A model generated the notes under the pieces. The model was not told the DNA's origin. It ran no database searches and saw only the letters and a list, made by a program, of their open reading frames with translations. A program made the translations under genes and the position numbers. Shown here piece by piece: positions 49,276 through 58,541 of a DNA stretch of 63,150 nt. Positions within the stretch are counted from its first letter, which is position 1. Each line of letters starts with the position of its first letter. Where the stretch lies: the IMG/VR virus record IMGVR_UViG_3300010885_074529. One strand, written 5' to 3'. This DNA comes from an uncultured virus (IMG/VR IMGVR_UViG_3300010885_074529) (lineage: Duplodnaviria; Heunggongvirae; Uroviricota; Caudoviricetes).

Positions 49276-50148
49276 ATGAGCAACAACACACTTTTTATTC
49301 CTCGGCCAACTAAAGAGGATTACAATCAACTTTGCGGCCAAAGCTGCAATAACAGTCTCGGACCTACAGATCCTCTGTCAAAAATAGGCCCTAGAAGACA
49401 AAGAATAAAAGTTAGAGAACAAATAAAAGATTATGTTCTCACTATGTTAGGGGCTCCTGTGTTGCCTCTTGAGCTAGATAATCAACAATTAGAAAATGCA
49501 ATAGACTTTGCACTGCAGATATTCGAAGATTATGCACCAATGGAATATTTTCAATATTACACATTTTACACAACACCTGGCCAAAGCGTTTATAATCTTC
49601 CTCCCGATGTGGGATTTGTTAGACATGTATCATACAAAGAAACAGCAAATTATGCATTTAGTGCATCTGATCTTGGTGGTGTTATTCCTTTAGAATACAT
49701 GGGAGCAGGAGCTTATGGCTCAATAGCGGGTGGAATAAATCCCCAACAACCTGTGTGGGGAAAGATGGGCGATTGGGTCATGTACAAACAATACGAAGAC
49801 ATGTATAATAGAATATCTGGTCAACAAGGCGGTTGGGAATGGCTCGCTGGATACAACACTATCAAATTGTATCCTATTCCGTATAGAAGTTATCCTGTTG
49901 CTGTGAGATATCTACAAAGACGCCCAGATTTCAATCAAGTTACACAAGGCATGCAAGAAGGTGCGTTAGCGTTTGCTAAAATTATACTCGGCAGAATTAG
50001 AAGTAGAATTCAGAATCCACCGGGTCCAAATGGTGGAGTTCAATTAGACGGCCAGCAAATATTGCAGGAAGGCATCGAAGAGAAGAAACAGTGGCAAGAA
50101 GACCTTCTTTTTAGATACGGCGATATTTTGGGCCCAAGGATGATGTGA
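49276..50148 (+). CDS. gp13: neck protein (T4 gp13-like)
   Basis: KDYVLTMLGAPVLPLELDNQQL...AL..F.DY; GGVQLDGQQILQEG. Confidence 0.85.
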   Translation: MSNNTLFIPRPTKEDYNQLCGQSCNNSLGPTDPLSKIGPRRQRIKVREQIKDYVLTMLGAPVLPLELDNQQLENAIDFALQIFEDYAPMEYFQYYTFYTTPGQSVYNLPPDVGFVRHVSYKETANYAFSASDLGGVIPLEYMGAGAYGSIAGGINPQQPVWGKMGDWVMYKQYEDMYNRISGQQGGWEWLAGYNTIKLYPIPYRSYPVAVRYLQRRPDFNQVTQGMQEGALAFAKIILGRIRSRIQNPPGPNGGVQLDGQQILQEGIEEKKQWQEDLLFRYGDILGPRMM

Positions 50149-50207
50149 TGTAAGTATGTACACTAGCTAATGCACCTTGTCGAACAGATTCTTTCTTTGG
50201 ACAATAT

Positions 50208-51923
50208 ATGATTCTCTATAAAAAAACTAAAGATGAATTAAATGTAGATTTTGATAATTGCAAAGTTTACGCCGAGATATTTTGCGAATGCGATTATTGT
50301 GGAGAAATCTTCAAAAGATCTAAAAGAAATATTCTTGTTGGAAGAAAAACAATACAAAAAGAATCTTGTAAGTCGAAGACATGCAATAAAGCAAAAAGAG
50401 AAGAATCTCAATTTAAGCTTTATGGGGTTAAAAATTTTGGGGGATCTAAAGAATCTTTAAAAAAATGCAAGGAAACATGTTTGAAAAAATATGGAGTTGA
50501 AAACACATCGACTTTGCCTGAAGTAAAAGAAAAAATTAAAAATACAAACTTAAAAAGATATGGAAAATCTTCTTATTTAGCCACAAAAGAATGCAAGGCT
50601 GCTACAAAAATAAAGGCCCAAGAATTATATGGGGTAGATAATTACGCTGAGGCCGGTGTTGTAAAACAAAAAATGAAAGAAAGTAATTTAAAAAACAATG
50701 GCGTGGATTACCCCATGCAAAGCGAAACTATAAGAAACAAATCTAAAAAAACTTGCTTAGAAAAATATGGATTTGAAAATGTTAATCAATGCAAAGAAAT
50801 AAAAGATAAACAAAATGAAACTCTTATCAAAAGATATGGTTTTAAACATCCTTTGCAAATCAAGGAGTTCAAACAAAAACAACAAGACACATTATTTAAA
50901 AACTATGGAGTCAATGTTCCTTTGCATTCTTTAAAATTAAGACAAAAATCTAAAGAAACATGTTTGAAAAAATATGGTGTTACAAGCCCTTTAAAAAACA
51001 AAGAAATATTTAGAAAAGTTCTTGAAACTAAAAAAGAAAGATACGGATCATATTATCCAAATTTTAAAAAATCAGAGAGCGAAATAAAAGATTGGCTAAA
51101 TGGTTTTGGTTTTAATTTTGAATCTGATGTCAATGTTTTGGATGGAAAAGAACTAGACATGCTTGATAAAAACTTATCATTAGCGATTGAGTATTGCGGT
51201 TTATTTTGGCACAACGAAAACTCTCCACAGTCAAGAGATAAAAACTACCACTTTAAAAAATATAAAGACTGTTTGGATGCTGGAATAAACCTGATCACTA
51301 TTTTCGAAGATGAGTGGCTCCAAAGAAAGACGCAATGTAAAAACTTTATAAAATCAAAACTTAAAATTTTTGATAAAAAAGTATTTGCAAGAAAATGCAA
51401 GATACAACAAGTATCCAAAAAAGAAGCAAAAGAATTTTATGAAGAAAATCACATTCAAGGTCCATCCAAAGGATTGTTAGCGGCATATGGTTTGTTTAAT
51501 CAAGAAGAATTGTTAGGCGTAATGTCTTTAGGTCGCCACCACAGAGATTCTTCAAAAATTACCTTGGATAGATTTTGCATTAAAGAAGGATTATGTGTTG
51601 TTGGTGGAGCCAGCAAATTATTCAAAGCGTGTGTGGGTTGGGCAAAGCAAACAGGATACTCAAAAATAATTTCTTGGAGCGACAATAGATGGAGCGATGG
51701 GAATGTTTATAAGGTTTTGGGATTTAAACTCGAAGAAGAATTGATCCCTGATTATAGTTATGTTAATACAAAAAATCCCAATAAAATTCGTATTAGCAAA
51801 CAGTCCCAATCCAAAAAAAGAACAAGCTGCCCAGAGGGCAAAACAGAAAAAGAGTGGTGTCTAGAAAGAGGCTTTTCAAGAATCTGGGATTGTGGCAAAA
51901 AACGTTGGGTTTTTGAATTATAG
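50208..51923 (+). CDS. free-standing homing endonuclease-like protein (KYG repeats + nuclease domain)
   Basis: About 9 T.L.KYG..N/P repeats, S..E, ELD, AIEYCGLFWH, IFEDEW, GGASKL, IWDCG. Confidence 0.75.
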   Translation: MILYKKTKDELNVDFDNCKVYAEIFCECDYCGEIFKRSKRNILVGRKTIQKESCKSKTCNKAKREESQFKLYGVKNFGGSKESLKKCKETCLKKYGVENTSTLPEVKEKIKNTNLKRYGKSSYLATKECKAATKIKAQELYGVDNYAEAGVVKQKMKESNLKNNGVDYPMQSETIRNKSKKTCLEKYGFENVNQCKEIKDKQNETLIKRYGFKHPLQIKEFKQKQQDTLFKNYGVNVPLHSLKLRQKSKETCLKKYGVTSPLKNKEIFRKVLETKKERYGSYYPNFKKSESEIKDWLNGFGFNFESDVNVLDGKELDMLDKNLSLAIEYCGLFWHNENSPQSRDKNYHFKKYKDCLDAGINLITIFEDEWLQRKTQCKNFIKSKLKIFDKKVFARKCKIQQVSKKEAKEFYEENHIQGPSKGLLAAYGLFNQEELLGVMSLGRHHRDSSKITLDRFCIKEGLCVVGGASKLFKACVGWAKQTGYSKIISWSDNRWSDGNVYKVLGFKLEEELIPDYSYVNTKNPNKIRISKQSQSKKRTSCPEGKTEKEWCLERGFSRIWDCGKKRWVFEL

Positions 51924-51942
51924 TCTGTTACATATATATCTC

Positions 51943-52482
51943 ATGAACTTTTACGAACTAGCTTTGTTAATTGAAAATGAAGAATCGAATATTATACTGC
52001 GTAGTGTATTGAATTACCCTAATGTCTACATAGAAAAAGATCCGAAGTTTCATGGCGAAGAGGCTACTTGGGATTATCTTAATTCACGGTTAGAAGTTAA
52101 AATAATAATATACAAGGACTATTTAGAAAACTCGCATAAAAATCTAACTACGCAAGAATTTCATAAGAATTTTTTTCATCCTGACTTTGGCGTTATTCCC
52201 CATGAGTTGTTGGAGGGAGAACTGACTGGATTAATTATGCAGGAGAGATTTGAAGAGATACCATTTAAGTTCAAGGCCTCTTTTAATCATTATTGGAATG
52301 ATTTTAACAGATTGTTTAAAAAATACGAGTTCGATAAAAATGCTATAAATAATAATGAGCGTGCTTATAATGAGTTTGGTGGCTATGTTCACGAAGTTAT
52401 AGTGAATTCCACACCTGGTTATGATGCTTGGGGCAACTATGTTTATGATAAAATATTCAAGAAGGCTGTTTTTGAATTGTGA
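51943..52482 (+). CDS. hypothetical CTS-like protein with HELLE/HE motifs
   Basis: MNFYELALLIE directly after ATATATA. Confidence 0.55.
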   Translation: MNFYELALLIENEESNIILRSVLNYPNVYIEKDPKFHGEEATWDYLNSRLEVKIIIYKDYLENSHKNLTTQEFHKNFFHPDFGVIPHELLEGELTGLIMQERFEEIPFKFKASFNHYWNDFNRLFKKYEFDKNAINNNERAYNEFGGYVHEVIVNSTPGYDAWGNYVYDKIFKKAVFEL

Positions 52483-52503
52483 ACAAAAATACTAAATAAG
52501 TTT

Positions 52504-53088
52504 ATGAGAAGCTTTCAAAACTGGCGACAGGGTAACAATTTAACAGAAATTAATATCAGCAAAGAAGACTTTGTTAATATATGCAAAGGGTACTTCGATT
52601 GTAACTTAAAAAATTCTTTACCAACATATTCAGAACATGTAATTAAGCCCATAATAGAAGCTGTAGAGACTTCGAGATATTCTGTAGAAGTTAATTATCG
52701 CACAACGGCTGATGAGTCTCTTGAGGGTTTTGCAAAGATTTGTTTAGGATACGTAAGTGCAGCTCTTAAGAAGTATGGATATCATACAAAGCACGTGTTT
52801 ACAGAGAAGCCTTTGAGAATATTAGTTTCATCTAGAAACTGGGACGATGGCGAGTGGGCAGGCCTAGTAACTTGGAATCCTGATCATTCTTGTTTTGTTG
52901 TTAGCAAAGGGTTTTACAATAAAAATCGTAAAACCATATCCATACAAAAATCTACAAAATGCACAGGCAAGTCTGCTTCAGATATTACCCGTGAACTTCA
53001 CAACATGATGTACTCTCTAAGGAACGAGCCTAATAATCACACAGAAAAACTTAAACCGGTTCCTTTAAAACGTGGTCCCAAAAAATGA
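52504..53088 (+). CDS. CTS-leader hypothetical protein (MRSFQNW...LTE)
   Basis: CTAAATA 5 nt upstream. Confidence 0.65.
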   Translation: MRSFQNWRQGNNLTEINISKEDFVNICKGYFDCNLKNSLPTYSEHVIKPIIEAVETSRYSVEVNYRTTADESLEGFAKICLGYVSAALKKYGYHTKHVFTEKPLRILVSSRNWDDGEWAGLVTWNPDHSCFVVSKGFYNKNRKTISIQKSTKCTGKSASDITRELHNMMYSLRNEPNNHTEKLKPVPLKRGPKK

Positions 53089-53480
53089 AATTCTCAGAAT
53101 GGATGACACAAAAAGCACACGAAAAAGGTGCAGGAATTTTGTTTACAGACGGCAAAAAGGTACTTCTTTTAAAAAGACTAAGTAGCCATAGAGGAACATG
53201 GGTTCCGCCGGGAGGTGGGCCGGAAGAAAATGAAATTCCAATAGAAACGGCTAGAAGAGAATCCAAAGAAGAATGCGGATTCAACAAAGGAAAAGCACTT
53301 GTAAAGTTTAAATCAAGAAATGGATTTTATACATTTGTAGTTCGTTTAAACAAAACTTTTAAACCTAAAATATCAAGCGAACACTCAGAAGCAAAATGGG
53401 TTGATATAAAAGACGTAGAAAAATACAAACTACATCCGGATTTCAAAAAAGATTGGCGCGAATTACTAAACTTAATATGA
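53085..53480 (+). CDS. Nudix hydrolase with CTS-like leader
   Basis: GGGPEENEIPIETARRESKEECG Nudix box; start MKFSEWM. Confidence 0.88.
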   Translation: MKFSEWMTQKAHEKGAGILFTDGKKVLLLKRLSSHRGTWVPPGGGPEENEIPIETARRESKEECGFNKGKALVKFKSRNGFYTFVVRLNKTFKPKISSEHSEAKWVDIKDVEKYKLHPDFKKDWRELLNLI

Positions 53481-53500
53481 TGATATATAGAAAGGAAATA

Positions 53501-54076
53501 ATGCAACACAGCTCTTTAGAAAAAGCACTCAAAGATATACAAACAACCAATTTGGATTCAATGCCTATTGTCAACAACATTCATGGCGTTGAAGTACGAA
53601 GACCAACAGTCCACAACGATCACCGTGGTCGGCTATTTGAAGTATTTCCCGGCACTAACACCACAGATATTTTTTGGGAAAAACCTGTAGTCTATTGCTA
53701 CATGTTTAGTATTCGGGCAAACCAAATTAAAGGATGGGGTTTACACGAGCATAAAGATGACCGCTATACTTTAATCAAAGGAGAAGTGCTTAATGTGCTT
53801 TTTGATGCTCGTTTTGATTCGCCCACCTACCTAAAGACACAAAATGTATACCTCAGTGAACAGGGAAACCGTTCGTTAAAAATACCAACAGGAGTTTGGC
53901 ATTGTAATATAAATATTTCTGATACCGAAACCCTGTTGGTGAATCATCCTACCAAAGTTTACAAACACGAGGCCCCAGATAGGTTGCTTTTGCCTTGGAA
54001 TTCACCCGAAATACCAATTGATCTAAGAAAATATTTTCCTATCCAACAAATGCAACACGAAGAATGTTCGTGCTAA
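53501..54076 (+). CDS. RmlC-like cupin sugar epimerase
   Basis: DHRGRL.E, KGWGLHEH, DARFDSPT, IPTGVWH. Confidence 0.85.
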   Translation: MQHSSLEKALKDIQTTNLDSMPIVNNIHGVEVRRPTVHNDHRGRLFEVFPGTNTTDIFWEKPVVYCYMFSIRANQIKGWGLHEHKDDRYTLIKGEVLNVLFDARFDSPTYLKTQNVYLSEQGNRSLKIPTGVWHCNINISDTETLLVNHPTKVYKHEAPDRLLLPWNSPEIPIDLRKYFPIQQMQHEECSC

Positions 54077-54092
54077 ATTAAAGAGAATAAGC

Positions 54093-54779
54093 ATGGTAAT
54101 TGCATCTATCCTAATTCCGACTCATAACCACGGTGAACTCATCAATTTCGCTGTACGTTCAGTTCTAGAACAAACTGTACAAGACTTTGAATTGTTTATT
54201 ATTGGAGACGGTCCAACAAAAGAAACACGTATCGCTGCTCAGGCTCTTGTGGACGAGAGGATTAAATACGAAGAATTCCCCAAAGCAGGGCGAACCGGCG
54301 AACCACACCGTCATCAGATAATCACTCAAAAAACAACTGGCAAATACATTTTTTATTTAAGCGACGATGATATTTGGACTAAACGACACCTTGAAACAAT
54401 GTTGCAAGCTCTCCAGACTGGAAACTTTTGTCACTCAAAATACATTGAAGTCATGGGAAAAGCTCACCATGAACACTTGTTGCCAAAAGACAAGAAGCTA
54501 TTAATGAAACAAAACTTCATTCCGCTTTCTTGTGGAGCACATAGTAGAGATCTATACTCTAAACTTCAAGAAGGATGGACGGAGACACCAGAAAAATATT
54601 GTACCGATCATTATATGTGGAAAAAACTAGTTTCCCACCCCGATTGCCTTTCGACAAATTCAAAGCATACAACTGTTATAAATTTTCCTAGTAAAACTAG
54701 ACCGAAGGAGAGCATTGATTCACGCAAGCAAGAGATGGAAAAGTGGTTGTCAGAAAACACCCAAAAAATGACTACGTGA
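54093..54779 (+). CDS. GT2-family glycosyltransferase
   Basis: SILIPTHN, SVLEQT..DFEL.II.DG, YLSDDD.W. Confidence 0.88.
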   Translation: MVIASILIPTHNHGELINFAVRSVLEQTVQDFELFIIGDGPTKETRIAAQALVDERIKYEEFPKAGRTGEPHRHQIITQKTTGKYIFYLSDDDIWTKRHLETMLQALQTGNFCHSKYIEVMGKAHHEHLLPKDKKLLMKQNFIPLSCGAHSRDLYSKLQEGWTETPEKYCTDHYMWKKLVSHPDCLSTNSKHTTVINFPSKTRPKESIDSRKQEMEKWLSENTQKMTT

Positions 54780-54802
54780 AATGCTAGCTATTTTTATCTT
54801 TA

Positions 54803-54931
54803 CTATTGTCGGCGGGCAATCCATGCACCTATCGATAATCCTATCAAGCCGAAAAAGTCGGAGGCACTAAACGACATACCGATCAAAACCAAAACGATTC
54901 CTAAAACAACACCAGAAATAAATCTTATCAT
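54803..54931 (-). CDS. small two-TM membrane peptide
   Basis: MIRFISGVVLGIVLVLIGMSF...GLIGLSIGAWIARRQ; ATGA-coupled to the upstream gene. Confidence 0.55.
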   Translation of the reverse strand: MIRFISGVVLGIVLVLIGMSFSASDFFGLIGLSIGAWIARRQ

Positions 54932-55761
54932 TTGTATTCGGTCCAGTCTCCTAATCTTTCTGCTCCGCCTGCCCATCTGGTGCCTGGTGCTGGGGTTTGT
55001 GGTCTCCAATTTGGATTTAATCCTGCTCTTTGTGCTGATCGTCTTTTTAGTTGATCAGTAGAATTATCTATCTGCTGTTGTGATGCCTGTTGACCCTGTT
55101 GTGGGGCTTGTTGTGGGGCTTGTTGTGGGGCTTGTTGTGGGGCTTGTTGTGGGGCTTGTTGCTGAGGAGGTGCCTGCTGGCCCTGTTGTTGCTGTTGACC
55201 CTGTTGTGTTTGGTTTTTAGAGCCCATATAGGTAGATGCTCCTGTGGCCGTGGCTGGTTCAACATTTGTGTTAAACATAGAAACCTTTTCTTGTTGTTTC
55301 TTGAGCTGAGACATTATATTTTGTAGTTCGCCTACTAAATTTTTAGCTTCTGGATCTCTTGTTGCAGCAGCTTGAACTCCTTGGTTTGATTGAAGTTCAT
55401 TGGAAAGAGCCTCTAAAGCTGAAAGGGCACTTCTGTATCTTGCTTCAGGGCCAAATAATTCAGCCCTAACTACTTTTCCTGCTGTTCCTAGTGTTTGCAT
55501 ACCTGAATTTGCTGTTTGTCCAAGCCAACCGCCTATTGCACCGCCTGCTTTTCTTGCTGCATGTCCTAGATTATCCCAAAATCCTTCTTGAAGAACTTGT
55601 TGGCGTCTATCTTCTAGACGAATCACCATATCAGAATCATTTTTATAGTTTTCTATTAAATAAGCCCAAGGCTCAACGTTCATCTCTACCATTAAACGGG
55701 CAATTTCTTCAACTAGAAAATCTGATTTTTTCTTTCCAACAAATCCTGTGAATGTCTGCAT
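54928..55761 (-). CDS. CTS-like protein with Gly/Ala amphipathic segment and QQAP repeats
   Basis: GGAG RBS; MQTFTGF; LQEGFWDNLG...GGAIGGWLG. Confidence 0.65.
   Translation of the reverse strand: MQTFTGFVGKKKSDFLVEEIARLMVEMNVEPWAYLIENYKNDSDMVIRLEDRRQQVLQEGFWDNLGHAARKAGGAIGGWLGQTANSGMQTLGTAGKVVRAELFGPEARYRSALSALEALSNELQSNQGVQAAATRDPEAKNLVGELQNIMSQLKKQQEKVSMFNTNVEPATATGASTYMGSKNQTQQGQQQQQGQQAPPQQQAPQQAPQQAPQQAPQQAPQQGQQASQQQIDNSTDQLKRRSAQRAGLNPNWRPQTPAPGTRWAGGAERLGDWTEYK
55097..55160. repeat. 12-bp tandem repeat encoding QQAP
   Basis: tgttgtggggct repeated about 5 times. Confidence 0.85.
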
Positions 55762-55814
55762 TTTTTCTCCAAAAATAAGTAAGATGAAATTATATATGGC
55801 AATATTTTTATTTT

Positions 55815-56273
55815 TTAGCCTTTAATAATTTCCACACCATCTATTGGGGACTCATTCAAGAGAACATCGGGTTTTGTGGCAGAAAGATCACCTGTTGAGT
55901 CGTTAAACTGTTCGGTTGGGCTTTCGTTTACAACTACATGTTCTACTTTTCCTTGAACCGTGATAGTATCAGGCTGGTCTAGTACCAATTTATTTTCATT
56001 CATATTGTTTCGCTCCTTTTTATCTTGGGGTACTACTTCTTCAATAAATTTCAACAAATTCATTGGATGTCCGACCCATTTCATATAATAGCTATCTCCT
56101 TGAAATCTTTTTCTAGGACCTATTGTACGACTCCCACTAACTGTGGGCTTGGGAAGGTTTAGATCCCCATCTGTGTTGTTCTCATAAATATAAATGCCGG
56201 TCCCAGTCATATTATTTATGATTTTATTTTGATGGTGAGTCTTTTTTTCTTGCTTTGTAAATCTTTGTCTCAT
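55815..56273 (-). CDS. hypothetical protein
   Basis: AAGG RBS. Confidence 0.6.
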   Translation of the reverse strand: MRQRFTKQEKKTHHQNKIINNMTGTGIYIYENNTDGDLNLPKPTVSGSRTIGPRKRFQGDSYYMKWVGHPMNLLKFIEEVVPQDKKERNNMNENKLVLDQPDTITVQGKVEHVVVNESPTEQFNDSTGDLSATKPDVLLNESPIDGVEIIKG

Positions 56274-56349
56274 TTTATTTCCTTATATAACTTTACTAAA
56301 CTCTGCATTACTATTATAGTCATGTAGGCACACAAATTAAGGGAAAAAT

Positions 56350-56682
56350 ATGAATAATCAAAAAGTTTTACCGAAATGGACAGATGTTTATCCACAGGGA
56401 ACAAAAGAAGGAGACGAAGAACAAGATTTGTTTAAATGTTTAGCAAGACATCCAAAATGGACTTACAGATCAGTAGCTCAAATCGCAAAAGAAACAAATT
56501 TGACCAAAGAAAGAGTAGAAGAAATATTGAATAAATACTGGAGGCGGGGCATGGTTATTCAGAATTCTTCTAATGAAGATCAGTGGGCATATTGGGAGCG
56601 AGTGCCAGATATGGTTCCTAAAACAACTAAGTCAATAACAAAAGAAGACCAAAACAGCAGAATAGAAAAACTTAAACCATGA
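56350..56682 (+). CDS. small winged-HTH protein
   Basis: RSVAQIAKETNLTKERVEEIL HTH pattern. Confidence 0.6.
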   Translation: MNNQKVLPKWTDVYPQGTKEGDEEQDLFKCLARHPKWTYRSVAQIAKETNLTKERVEEILNKYWRRGMVIQNSSNEDQWAYWERVPDMVPKTTKSITKEDQNSRIEKLKP

Positions 56683-56713
56683 AAATTTTAAGCTTGCACG
56701 AAAAAGATTCATT

Positions 56714-57247
56714 TTATCGAAGTTCGTCGTACGATCTTTTGATTGGATCGACGTATCCTGCGGTGCCGCCCATGCCGCCGTAGGGCCCGCCTGCCAGTCT
56801 TTTACTTAAGTCAATATTGAGAGAAGTCAGTAGCTCTTCAAGGTTCGTTCCGATCATTAGATCGCCGTTCAGGATCTTTTCCTGTTCTTTTTTTCCATTG
56901 TTGATTTTCTGTAGATTTTCTTTTGTTTGATTTGCTGCAGAGTTAAAGTCCAACACTGATTTCTGCAATCTCTCTCTCCAAAGGTTGATCCCCGAATTAT
57001 TTCTTTTGTCTTGTTTGCTTGCTTCCAAAACTTTTTTCAATTCGTCTACGGTAGAAAAAATATAGTGGTCTGCTTGAGTTCTGTCAACGATTAAGAGTCC
57101 TTCGAGGTTCTGCCCCCGCATTGATCTACCGGGATTCAAGAAAATACCTGCACCAAGCAGATATTCGAAATTCCTAAATGCCACGGGATTTGATGCGAAG
57201 GCTTCATTCATCGACTTTGACTCTAAGAATCTGTAAAAACTGATCAT
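56714..57247 (-). CDS. CTS-leader hypothetical protein (MISFYRFLESKSMNE)
   Basis: Start follows the upstream stop. Confidence 0.6.
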   Translation of the reverse strand: MISFYRFLESKSMNEAFASNPVAFRNFEYLLGAGIFLNPGRSMRGQNLEGLLIVDRTQADHYIFSTVDELKKVLEASKQDKRNNSGINLWRERLQKSVLDFNSAANQTKENLQKINNGKKEQEKILNGDLMIGTNLEELLTSLNIDLSKRLAGGPYGGMGGTAGYVDPIKRSYDELR

Positions 57248-57251
57248 TTTT

Positions 57252-57452
57252 TTAGCCTTTTCTGTCAGGTTTGTGATTGCCCATCTTTTGTAGAGCATCA
57301 GCAGCAGATGGAACAAAATAAAGATCTGGATACTGTTGGCGAGCATAAGCATCTGGATAGGCCCAGTGAGCAATGCCAGCACGATGTGTTTTCTCAGATA
57401 TCATTGGAAGTTCTTTTTTCTCCACTTCAGCCCATTGCATAAACGTTTTCAT
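57252..57452 (-). CDS. small CTS-leader protein (MKTFMQWAE)
   Basis: Leader motif; AGGA upstream. Confidence 0.65.
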   Translation of the reverse strand: MKTFMQWAEVEKKELPMISEKTHRAGIAHWAYPDAYARQQYPDLYFVPSAADALQKMGNHKPDRKG

Positions 57453-57594
57453 ATTTTAAATTCCTGAGTTTAAAGTTACTAGCTTAATTATATGTATGTA
57501 TGTGTGTATTATTTTTTACAAAAATCTACAATCAAAAAATAATATAGTGATTTGATTACTATTTTAAATCAACCGTGCAATTAAAGGGGAAAAC

Positions 57595-57825
57595 ATGAAA
57601 AACACACTTTCAGTAAAAATTACAAATGCAAAAAATGGCGGATTCGAAGGAACTGTAAGTATTGCCGGACTAAAACCAACTAAATTAGCAAGAAAATTAG
57701 ATGGCAGAACAGATTTCCCTACAAAGTCTTCTATAGGTGGTGCGGCTAGAAACATTGCTAAGTCCCTAGGCTTTACAGATATCGAATTGTCCGACGAAAC
57801 AAAAGCCACTGTCACAAAGAGCTAA
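57595..57825 (+). CDS. small hypothetical protein
   Basis: AGGGG RBS. Confidence 0.6.
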   Translation: MKNTLSVKITNAKNGGFEGTVSIAGLKPTKLARKLDGRTDFPTKSSIGGAARNIAKSLGFTDIELSDETKATVTKS

Positions 57826-58087
57826 TGAATTCTGCACCCTTTATTTGATTTATTTCGTGCATGAACTTCAAGCAGTTTTTTGATTCTTCTAAAGAATTGA
57901 AAAACTTATGGATCTTTTCTGCTTTTGGTAGCAATTCCTGCAGTGAGTCTTTTTCGTAATGATCTGAGTCCGGTGGATAGCTTAGACTAATTTGTTCGTC
58001 GAAATAAAATGCATGAAATATCATTTTTGCTATTTCGTTTATTTCGCTCTGATAAGCGAGATTTTTTTCTGTTATTTCTTTATTCAT
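57812..58087 (-). CDS. hypothetical protein
   Basis: GAGG RBS. Confidence 0.55.
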   Translation of the reverse strand: MNKEITEKNLAYQSEINEIAKMIFHAFYFDEQISLSYPPDSDHYEKDSLQELLPKAEKIHKFFNSLEESKNCLKFMHEINQIKGAEFISSL

Positions 58088-58154
58088 AATGCCTCTTTAA
58101 ATAATTGTCAAAAATAATATAGTGTAAAATTTGTATTTTTGAAATATATAAGAT

Positions 58155-58289
58155 ATGGAAGAAAAGAAAGGGTGTGGTTGCGGTAAATCCAGTCCGCAAA
58201 ATGAAAAAGAATTAAAAAGAAAACAATTGCTAAATAAAATGAGCAAAACAAATAAAATATACAAAACAAAAACAAATATTTTCATGTAA
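58155..58289 (+). CDS. small basic CGC-motif peptide (44 aa)
   Basis: Manual: MEEKKGCGCGKSSPQ...; ATATATA 4 nt upstream. Confidence 0.55.
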   Translation: MEEKKGCGCGKSSPQNEKELKRKQLLNKMSKTNKIYKTKTNIFM

Positions 58290-58298
58290 AGGAGGCAT

Positions 58299-58541
58299 AT
58301 GGCATGCGGATGCAATAAAAACAAAGGGGTAACCGGAAGGTCTGCGGCTTCGAGGCCAACTAATTTAACAGCCAACAATAGACCGCCTATTAATAACCCA
58401 GCAGCTATAAGAAATAGCACACAAGCCAGAAATACAGGCAATGTTCCAAGAACTAACGCTGCTGCAAGCGTTTCGGTAGAACAAAGAAAAGCACAAGCAC
58501 TAAGAAGAAACGCTATACTAAAACAATTAGGCAAACGCTAA
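58299..58541 (+). CDS. small basic CGC-motif protein
   Basis: AGGAGG RBS; MACGCNKNK. Confidence 0.7.
   Translation: MACGCNKNKGVTGRSAASRPTNLTANNRPPINNPAAIRNSTQARNTGNVPRTNAAASVSVEQRKAQALRRNAILKQLGKR

Noticed and set aside
50149..50207. Group I intron linking the neck gene and the endonuclease
   Set aside because: The gp13-like gene appears complete and the spacer is too short for an intron core.
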